Position numbers and translations under genes: made by a program
Assembly: GCA_964387845.1 (NCBI GenBank)
Contig: CAYLXA010000009.1
Span: forward strand, 42,098-106,097
Reading direction: 5' to 3'
From: an uncultured bacterium
GTDB taxonomy: Bacteria; Omnitrophota; Omnitrophia; Omnitrophales; Abzuiibacteriaceae
DNA length: 64,000 bases
In this document: positions 61,301-64,000 of the stretch, in pieces
How the letters are laid out: each line of letters starts with the position of its first letter
Numbering within the stretch: the first letter of the stretch is position 1
The notes under the pieces: generated by a model
What the model was told of the DNA's origin: nothing
The model's database searches: none
The model's input: only the letters and a program-made list of their open reading frames with translations

Positions 61301-63677
61301 CATTCAAATCTTCATGGATTGACTTGTATCTTCTTTCCAATTTTCTCACTTCACTACCTGCCATATCCACTGCATGGGCTTGATGAGGATCGCGAAAAGG
61401 TCCATCACTTGCTTGCACCGTCATCAACCAATTCGCTCTTGCATTATTAAGTTGTCGTTCAACTTGAAACAGTTCTGCTTGAAGCTCAGCTATGCGATCG
61501 CTGCGCAGCTCGGCTCTGGCTTTGGTTGAAGGAGAAAACGAGAGAATGGGAGAATAATATATATTATTTAAACTTAATAAATAATTGATAAATAATAAAT
61601 ATTGTGGTAAGCTAGCGGCCGTAATGAAATCGAATGGCTTATTAACCGAATCGAAGCGTGACTTTATCCAGCGGTTTATGCTTAACCTGCTTTGCATTAT
61701 TGCTGCATCCGCCCTGGCTAGCAATTTCTTTACAGCAATGCCATTGGGTGTTAGGATTTGTCTTGGCAGTGGCGCTTTAGTTGCTCTTGTGATCGGATTT
61801 TTTATCAAATAAGGAGGAAATAACAATGTTTGGAGCACTGCTTGTACTATCCATGACTTTGATATGCGCTGCCATAATGATCGTTGATTACTATCAACGA
61901 AAGCACCGCCGTCATCACTCCTGATTTTTCCCGTTTCAGCGTTTTCCCGAAGTTCGGAACGGTCAATAGGCACAACTTTTGCCAGGTAATTTCTAGGAGG
62001 AATACGGAATGTGAGCGAATCTTCTATCGTTGGATGTTCAAAAACAAATTGATAATCTTGCCTCATGTTTTTGATTAACCATGCTTCTCTTACAAGCTCT
62101 CTTAGATTTGTGTGGCCCCAATCCAGAAAATGATACACGCCGGGGTCCTGCTTATGGGCATCAGTATATAACTTTATAACTGCTTCAATGGTAAATTGAA
62201 TCCATTCTTCCAGTTCTTGTGGATCTTTCAAACTCGCCGTCAAAGGACGTACAACCTGCCGTAAACTACGTCGTGGGATTCGAATGCCTGCCATATTAAT
62301 CTCGTTCTTCATGCGCCAGACGATAGGTTCAACGTCACGGTTTAGCATCACAAAATAAGTAACAAAACTTCCCACTGCACCGATACCCAATAGGCCTATG
62401 TGCCAGTTTTTCAGTAGAGAATCTGCTACTTCTGAGATTTGACGCAACTCGGAGCGGGATTCTCCAGCGCTAGGCGATTCCGCCAAAATGCGCGGCGGAT
62501 CCGTCTTTCTTTGTGGCGGAAAGTGATAGGCGTTAGGTTGTTTTGATTCACTTAACGTTTGACGCTTATCACTTAACGCTAGATTCGGAAGCCCGAGAAG
62601 CTCCCGAAATTCGGAGCGTTGAGCAGCTTTTACGAGTTCATAGCTACCGGCAAAAACAAAGCCAAGCGCGATAAACACAGAGGCTTTTGAAGTCGAGCTC
62701 ACATCCGGAATGAAGCTGTTCAGTATTTTGTTTACCAGATAGAGCAACATTGCAAATGGTATTGCAAGAACCATCGTCTCAAGGTCACTTCTTCTAAAAG
62801 CGCCGCCAGCGCTCCTAATTTTCCTCGTTTTAGTGCCTTCCCGAAGCCCAGACCTATCCTCAGACAAAATAGTTTGACTACCAGCTTCTTGCCCTGCCGG
62901 AACAACCAACACCTTTTGATATACCGTCGAAACGCTCCAGCCGCCTGTGCTCTCTTCCTGCAGTTCCAGTTTGTAACCTTGGTTCTTAAGCGCCCAGGCT
63001 TGCTCTAAAATCTCGCTGAGATAATGCTCTAACCCGTAAAAATTTCTAGAAAAGAAAGGCCCTCTTTTCTCTGCATGTAAAAGTACGTCGAGCTCAACTA
63101 GAAATTCGGTTACAAATTCATCAAACGCAAATTCGTTTGCTGACGGTTCGCTCTGCATTTTATTTTTGATAAACTCGGCCCCTTTTTGAACAACGAATCT
63201 GGGCAGGCGGCGGGATCTTCCATAATCATACAAACTTTTGTCTAGCCTATTTTCAATATTTCTGAGACGGCTAGCTTTACTCTTCGCCATCGCCAAGGCA
63301 ACGAGCACTGTAAATGCGCCTGACGCAAAAGCAGCCATCAGCATGAAGACCGAAACATCCGAAACGCGTAACTCGGAGCGGGATTTATCAATTGCGGAGT
63401 GCGAAGTGTCAAATGCGGATTGATCGCTTCCATTCCGCATTCCCTGCCTAGCCGGCAGGCGGGCGAAATCCGCATTCCGCACTGGAAGCCCGAGAAGCTC
63501 GCGGAGTTCAGAACGGCCTACAATGGAGGCGGCTAATTTCTTGGGAGTAACGGTGTTTAAACTTTTAAATGCGGAAATAACGGACGGTGCATCCGAGTAA
63601 GCAACGGAATTGGTAAAAGAAAAAGCAAGGACGAGCGTTAATGCGAGAGATTTTGTGAGAAATCGATTGAATTTCAC
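49365..63677 (-). CDS. Giant mosaic polyprotein E, 4770 aa, built from hexose-phosphate and UDP-sugar metabolism modules.
   Basis: ORF-track ORF. GTG start at 63675..63677 with AAAGAGG about 10 nt upstream. TAA at 49365..49367. Leader (M)KFNRFLTKSLALTLVLAFSFTNSVAYSD. Confidence 0.85.
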   Translation of the reverse strand: MKFNRFLTKSLALTLVLAFSFTNSVAYSDAPSVISAFKSLNTVTPKKLAASIVGRSELRELLGLPVRNADFARLPARQGMRNGSDQSAFDTSHSAIDKSRSELRVSDVSVFMLMAAFASGAFTVLVALAMAKSKASRLRNIENRLDKSLYDYGRSRRLPRFVVQKGAEFIKNKMQSEPSANEFAFDEFVTEFLVELDVLLHAEKRGPFFSRNFYGLEHYLSEILEQAWALKNQGYKLELQEESTGGWSVSTVYQKVLVVPAGQEAGSQTILSEDRSGLREGTKTRKIRSAGGAFRRSDLETMVLAIPFAMLLYLVNKILNSFIPDVSSTSKASVFIALGFVFAGSYELVKAAQRSEFRELLGLPNLALSDKRQTLSESKQPNAYHFPPQRKTDPPRILAESPSAGESRSELRQISEVADSLLKNWHIGLLGIGAVGSFVTYFVMLNRDVEPIVWRMKNEINMAGIRIPRRSLRQVVRPLTASLKDPQELEEWIQFTIEAVIKLYTDAHKQDPGVYHFLDWGHTNLRELVREAWLIKNMRQDYQFVFEHPTIEDSLTFRIPPRNYLAKVVPIDRSELRENAETGKIRSDDGGAFVDSNQRSLWQRISKSWIVQAVLQTLLFPPYLIKNPITRATKAPLPRQILTPNGIAVKKLLARADAAIMQSRLSINRWIKSRFDSVNKPFDFITAASLPQYLLFINYLLSLNNIYYSPILSFSPSTKARAELRSDRIAELQAELFQVERQLNNARANWLMTVQASDGPFRDPHQAHAVDMAGSEVRKLERRYKSIHEDLNERLRIRDREKPRRAEPRIGEAINSDRAPKAVGAYPHARRFQDHLFLSGVGPRKLGSDRIPGVHQDDKGKVLSRDIATQMRSTFANVEFILEAAGVTWKAITEMEVFLTDYNDDERAIFERVWAEHFKQVGHEPKHTIIEVVALPTPIAFEVNAIAKVPESLPAELVVLEAVGPENDNGEIRAEGIGAQVQAAIQNIRTQLEKEGSSWENILAVRVSLSDMARDFPEYNSIWKTTFPPESDQPARTTVSINTLPRNVLINVKVIAAKSRAELRQSEKAEDESAVKITELTLADEGRKREFTKKSLSQAIKSAVRNALRSTATQDTLLKPDRIDSKLEVTLSDIRDIRLTNGHPKLTVQNTGNLGALSFIVEGTFKKSKDAGGAAAALATGSLDLSRFEASRSELRSEVETGLAYWRGELATTPISRPFRASRKEDVFDITEIDPQEALRLEAIAVKSLDRGEGYISMLVAGASSRMNTKEAPEEVLAMDVDGEILSKAAVPIGRTSDGKVTTYFGEFGENLSRLFRAVAEEVRNAGMPVTKVWENLIGFLSNDEYRPEHDEMLGKNRHYGLHNEQVGFFHQPLGAKFVEKPEKVEKMRSKFTSDETFQAALARSNEVKEKLASGDTNAVVFEGERDPLGHGEYFHQMIVSGELLRMVDAGVKWAFVKNVDNYASKFDKVWLRTLGLFLDRELDFQPEVSPRAPGQKGGSLIIMEDNGAHQLAEDPNINITNDIVSSADEEVKKQVANRDVVKPTDSYWFNDAVAFFTPRYVIGLYKQDGQADREFIEELRGATPAEREAIAERGRRKFPRILDAKPAKSGNAVVVKAETNMWQSTGVAGPDMKIAAVGVKGVRNLPIEEYLKLSWEERIPHLAGMRFLSTKNWTKSPAEVDEARAAMEKALGRPVTDNELWVTLETYEGNKILAADLLRYNREAELVTPGIFSRSELRAETGRKPFWTRARKMSVLRIALGVVLLGSIPFYIVYKPYQHDVTALEGTQPRLLTPQEIEKRRPRRPAPEAIAPEMSPSFRHPTTSRKSIDTGKIRITSEWTPVFGDWKAIYKNYIVVFKNSAGKQFEVVPDAHGTPVFENEKRVGNVFSSAQTGNEVYFVSRSELHEPNWLAIAGLLVFSVGGIFGILLWPDIVSWLRRNHSTKDNSHLPDSRSELRKMDTEAIAAETAEAKILAEKLTTPLDAKGNAEMAARFLKGGYDQDGYGVPEGAAIHGSFAVKGTQGYYSEDVNPETGRTGQQEFVDGVNRLKKFFIKREERLGKPIKLIIKTGIGGQHTPFQGIADVFQVVDPASGDILGEYELGKDYEKALENIVDEKQISWDQIAVIPSSKSGSTDETMMIFSEIFYVLLKKVAQEKTNLEPDFMSDAKAHPDIQKFADTVFNTLHDINFVDGKERSARDLFKIDEVRFRKSSLIQIIAKKMNGVMGEAKVKEIFATVLGNMFFETTDRPAESRLSAFIRNSGLDKVLGDDAPGFGAMFDNVGGRWTGDLHMMTFLAYHRLNPLEYWIGRNSAIKRGGNSGEEIGNRILNDEISDVALIVPNHLFWFAKSVEQNFNESIWQKGFANLVAIRERDWQKQPQWRRFFKQPNRLVINLADIQMPPVGFNVFDIDELNLGQSSKIKKADKQFIADQIGKLFSIFYTATTVVGNRLIARALKEKGFSVNDVNLNDLDNPATKIVQENLYTRQPYVELGKKLLESWLQDLQMADAVEHEFALTQQKAKELSVNPVFGGQAFRASISLEEGISWQNTDRLSNLIKKAMDYADQSGRKFVPFIYLDGDKFVNLKKYLVDFGIEWVIQGTGDQHISYQQVLANPDKFLPFFVSFVPEQGKESKGLPAIGFAKGYLHNVSPHMVRDMFAEASFGALVNNRKDQGGEGVFLRLTDDIYHAQVLRSAFRKAAQARSELRNALDSNAMFIDFGGVLADERSPAFAELVAKGLIVKSGLRKEDLSGDDFNKLKNLLVPHKDDPIREALYTDPDAFYPWFESIREFLSQKDGFKGLSEDEFKDIFFGERPENPAIKQVIEKLLAIKDNGVHIGVVVNFELAGKEHLLRFLKKHYGNLFDPRLVILSSELGMKKGKAPEFFDKVLERFRSVIGEDARNTVLIDNDPDAFEGARQAGFEYLVHYAKDAGKAPFTGDQILQAADLDSGAAVLEILARSELRASKLTWTAFWQTIGSWSSVRTALRRFEDLERKSIKQAIDMLVNTLVYKKVDVSNLLKWGLPKAINQYSLDQLRSILQLINRLANSRNSKEIEIVIRKIDSIYDVLIQNLSSHDPETRRLAVIALGHLEDDRALPHLEKLKDDFRRVETLITVETGEFENVEVWPEQDGYEAKHGLAPYGGSHMESRPITEQRPEFVTLFDNRPVVKGAINKLKRNITIKLIQQKLKEQHLITATQQAVRDTYINLANEPHFIDMAVKILETHEDFDLIVEPGAGHEESHVVDTIEGLQGTYEWKEDVYAPVWVWDSLPQLSLMPKKERRSELREEKALRDDIAKKLTDSKIRITPEVVKEIGEIWDAISELHAVNQGRLYFLNQLAKGVRPEKWDEAMIEALEEFQSLHGVVFIQAVRSVPQVEVEEARKADHDAKGNKKEEVKKPAPKPVLTDVEFAASPALKPVKASLTKFVISVSVKAPSADSVTLESPFKPDASEPAAGTTVIQPNQPKLGEGSAKVYFVINLNIRGNVRQFKLEVGGRNTLKQVLAAVVKQAFGAGEFDKIAPEISESQIKIFITSKFRHIGKTPISVSNLSVDWKDAQDKELLNILTGIYTAQSHSMPQLQVLGDLVENDAVQIFVTDTVRSSELPSARKTLNSDKSDIKAKEAALKTLVDNVAKPFAAAFHEVAATPYPAERFYAEFSAAIEAMSDLDAALKVQSGKLWLFGFRYWEEKLQEIVKLAAKTKIESKNLKELSELSTQLHARSREIQEKWQSLQSQFQGSAASQAEGKLAEMISAGTAAQVSELNEKISSAFSALRNEIAARSELRRLSEMDATKLISKYIRMKATEADETLVKLMARDYDYRSRDKEHAPSPKLWFLWGLTWARMAFEKAKKSGSKNETVVIARDARKIEPELVEALTAGFLYAGLDVVYTAEDGPNAATSYSWAVREIQPLVSVLLTSSHVASTDEIRGAKVSIQDEEGRLASLTTQEIKAVSLPMVQKYMADYGWMVHDAGERSGYIRALNVDVNTVRITTLVGRVAGIGGSAANLFNLADQLRKSDFPEKVLSDWEQRIAGYVMFQKPFEGLRIAIDGAHTPSGYLAEAVFKNLGAEAVLINGDVQSITGMHKADPSIMANLEELRTKMSDENIDIGLAFDLDGDRGAIVIKRKDGSFLVLPPDNLMAILIPFLVNRGGYHSRSSEHVAVISDVLSTLGVADAAGENGIETFITDSGYPFLKAKAKELKGKGYSIPMLSERSGHAWLDVTGEYENPIAVAVLSVIQVAQYAQEHKTQNPFPFEAAFEHYAKPYKQSTRFQPPFQASLLQKLAGDPRNDTGYQYSDTATPNPKIIALGRDLTVEKAIQEFSKEKEFLSPAGIFKVREVITFKGEDGLYRFADIRFKDEAGKEAGRFVIRASSNDPTFVASYEVRVRTEGGETLESESVKNRYISTGGIVFDWLEREQLAHISGDTVKDGNTRTESASLAAYRQFLESRSELRASTETVHPKVAAAEAAFNAAQAALTEAEASKQKGAILNARVALAEKELDLRRAELQHLTPIAEEPDGTQLLNPSKWASASAAVNSAKEGLERVITERNKYTNPPERSNPWKVRSELRNSRTASADFQRLNAEDALNITDTRLSSLTKAHQAIGTQLQQNPGLRSELHRSMAADKLIHDSTSQGWVFARSIVFDEGLAPYYVQIAAQSNVRIGFVTPTRSELRFVDELNASLPIDRQILYAATPEKLAKLMRSKGIRTNIYFTDSSHEAEIVRSELSDYFTSVVLFTADMISSIRGRLGKAVEAIDQFIRSYQIVLSRA
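49368..50430 (-). other. C-terminal coiled-coil plus conserved C-terminal region of E, with at least five RSELR-type sites.
   Basis: ...KVRSELRNSRTASADF...GLRSELHRS...SIVFDEGLAPYYVQIAAQSNVRIGFVTPTRSELRFVDELNASLPIDRQILYAATPEKLAKLMRSKGIRTNIYFTDSSHEAEIVRSELSDYF...QIVLSRA*. Confidence 0.4.
50430..52120 (-). other. Module in E: alpha-D-phosphohexomutase (phosphoglucomutase/phosphomannomutase).
   Basis: ETVVIARDARKIEPELVEALTAGFLYAGLDVVYTAEDGPNA (~52085..52110), LLTSSHVAST (the phosphoserine-loop position), IAIDGAHTPSGY, GLAFDLDGDRGAIV (~51325..51350), PMLSERSGHAWL. Confidence 0.85.
54380..54480 (-). other. HEAT/PBS-lyase-like repeat in E.
   Basis: SHDPETRRLAVIALGHLEDDRALPHLEKLKDD. Confidence 0.35.
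54870..55560 (-). other. Module in E: HAD-superfamily phosphatase/hydrolase.
   Basis: MFIDFGGVLADERS (the DxG/D motif I-like FDxxGVL, ~55510..55550), HIGVVVNFELAGKEH, VLIDNDPDAFEGARQAGFEYL. Confidence 0.55.
55900..57750 (-). other. Module in E: glucose-6-phosphate isomerase family (SIS domains), divergent.
   Basis: KLIIKTGIGGQHTPFQGIADVFQ (~57420..57480), AVIPSSKSGSTDETMMIF (~57270..57310, the SKSGTT-ET signature), FDNVGGRWTGDLHMMTF (~56820..56860, GGR[YF]S-like). Confidence 0.7.
58700..59990 (-). other. Module in E: UDPGP-family nucleotide-sugar pyrophosphorylase-like (UTP-glucose-1-phosphate uridylyltransferase type).
   Basis: ISMLVAGASSRMNT (~59880..59930, compare L-N-G-G-L-G-T-x-M-G) and YFHQMIVSGELLRMVDAGVKWAFVKNVDNYASKFD (~59285..59330, compare NIDNLGA). 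Confidence 0.5.
60470..61240 (-). other. Modules in E: two tandem RidA/YjgF (endoribonuclease L-PSP) family domains.
   Basis: Copy 1: RAPKAVGAYPHARRFQDHLFLSGVGPRKLGSDRIPG...EMEVFLTD...HTIIEVVALPTPIAFEVNAIAKV (~60840..61240). Copy 2: ELVVLEAVGPENDNGEIRAEGIGAQVQAAIQNIRTQLEKEGSSWENILAVRVSLSD...TTVSINTLPRNVLINVKVIAA (~60470..60830). Confidence 0.75.
61561..61625. other. A 65-nt island of more than 85% AT inside the E coding frame that stays open in frame.
   Basis: gaataatatatattatttaaacttaataaataattgataaataataaatattgtggtaagc encodes SLPQYLLFINYLLSLNNIYYS. Contains -10-like TATAAT/TAATAT strings on both strands. Confidence 0.5.
61900..63150 (-). other. Internally duplicated module of unknown function in E (two copies, each ending ...TGKIRS-x-GGAF), plus TM helices.
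   Basis: Copy a: EFVTEFLVELDVLLHAEKRGPFFSRNFYGLEHYLSEILEQAWALKNQGYKLEL...TKTRKIRSAGGAFRRSD. Copy b: LEEWIQFTIEAVIKLYTDAHKQDPGVYHFLDWGHTNLRELVREAWLIKNMRQDYQFVFE...ETGKIRSDDGGAFVDSN. A third degenerate echo sits near 58300. Confidence 0.45.
63366..63380 (-). other. Example RSELR site in E (codons CGC TCC GAG TTA CGC).
   Basis: Plus strand gcgtaactcggagcg. Reads KSRSELRVSDVSV. Confidence 0.9.
63570..63677 (-). other. Leader of E: conserved Sec-like leader.
   Basis: (M)KFNRFLTKSLALTLVLAFSFTNSVAYSDAPSVISAF. First RSELR at about residue 56 (GRSELRELLGLP). Confidence 0.6.
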
Positions 63678-64000
63678 AGCCTTAGCGCCTCTTTCAGCAA
63701 ATTTTTGCCATTCATAAAAGCGCTGAGGCAGTCATGATTACCACATAGGAACGTTTTGAAACTCTTTATCAAAATCATGAACCCGGCTTCGCTCCCTTTG
63801 ATCGCGCAATTGCGGTTAAACCGCTGAGCGAAAGAGTAACATGCGGCTTTAGCTGAGTCAATAGATAAAGAAGTATATTAGGTTGTAATGTTTTTATATT
63901 GGGTACTAGTTGGTACTAATTGGTAAGATTAATAGATGGGGCGACAGCAAAAGTTCAATAAGCAAGTGCACCACTTGGAGTTAAAATAGTCGGGTATTAA

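Noticed and set aside
63895-63935. ttggtacta x2 and ttggtaag repeats upstream of E, as a shared regulatory motif with the B-A spacer (tggtaag).
   Set aside because: They lie about 230 nt from the E start codon, share only a 6-7-mer with the B-A heptamers and sit in AT-rich DNA, so this is likely chance.
1-64000. The idea that RSELR is a DNA-level repeat (REP/MITE/transposon scar) or a synthetic watermark at nucleotide level.
   Set aside because: Copies use different synonymous codons for every position. Only the peptide is invariant. The one DNA-identical pair (46324..46400 and 47123..47198) is reported separately.
1-64000. An alternative genetic code or stop-codon read-through fusing ordinary genes.
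   Set aside because: There are no in-frame TAA/TAG/TGA codons at all across 7.8-17 kb frames. Nothing is there to read through. The standard-code translation gives intact enzyme motifs on both sides of every junction.
1-64000. CRISPR arrays, tRNA or rRNA genes, IS elements or integrases, and prophage signatures.
   Set aside because: No repeat-spacer periodicity, no tRNA-like cloverleaf candidates in the few non-coding gaps and no transposase or integrase motifs in any translation. The non-coding gaps total under 1.1 kb.

Overview
The whole 64-kb window is one co-directional minus-strand coding block, about 97% coding. No rRNA, tRNA, CRISPR array or IS/transposase was seen. It holds six ORFs transcribed from high to low coordinates:
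- E: 49365..63677, 4770 aa.
- D: 41289..49076, 2595 aa.
- X: 39676..41250, 524 aa.
- C: 26148..39689, 4513 aa.
- B: 8720..25876, 5718 aa.
- A: start codon at 8642..8644, at least 2880 aa in the window, running off the left edge.

A is missing from the ORF track only because its stop lies outside the window. I translated it by hand and its frame stays open to position 2.

The five giant ORFs are mosaic polyproteins. Each is a string of individually recognisable, normally cytoplasmic proteins joined in one frame:
- A: FBPase class 3, RpoA alpha-CTD-like, ACP-like, GTP-PEPCK, triosephosphate isomerase.
- B: 3-hydroxyacyl-CoA DH (two copies), MDR reductase, B12 acyl-CoA mutase, acyl-CoA synthetase, CitE-like lyase, MaoC hydratase, acyl-CoA DH.
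- C: two SAM methyltransferases, two MeaB GTPases, VOC epimerase-like, a second mutase with B12 domain, biotin carboxylase, carboxyltransferase beta and alpha, P-loop kinase.
- D: Glu/Leu-type dehydrogenase, TetR-like HTH, duplicated TM modules.
- E: two RidA, UDPGP, PGI, HAD phosphatase, HEAT repeats, phosphoglucomutase.

Three features are shared and point to one system:
- All five start with homologous Sec-like leaders of about 35 aa, consensus hydrophobic core then F-[ST]-F-[TS]-x-[ST]-[IVM]-[AG]-Y-[ST]-[DE].
- All five are punctuated about 65 times in total by the exact pentapeptide R-S-E-L-R (a few RAELR/KSELR variants). It is encoded with varied synonymous codons, so it is conserved at the protein level.
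- B, C, D and E end in related C-terminal regions.

ORF X sits between D and C and is translationally coupled to C. It has its own signal peptide and a weak Tiki/TraB/GumN-family hydrolase pattern.

Working hypothesis: a previously undescribed system of secreted or leader-tagged multi-enzyme polyproteins processed at RSELR sites, perhaps by X. This is an inference and needs experiment. All module coordinates are approximate (about +/-60 nt).
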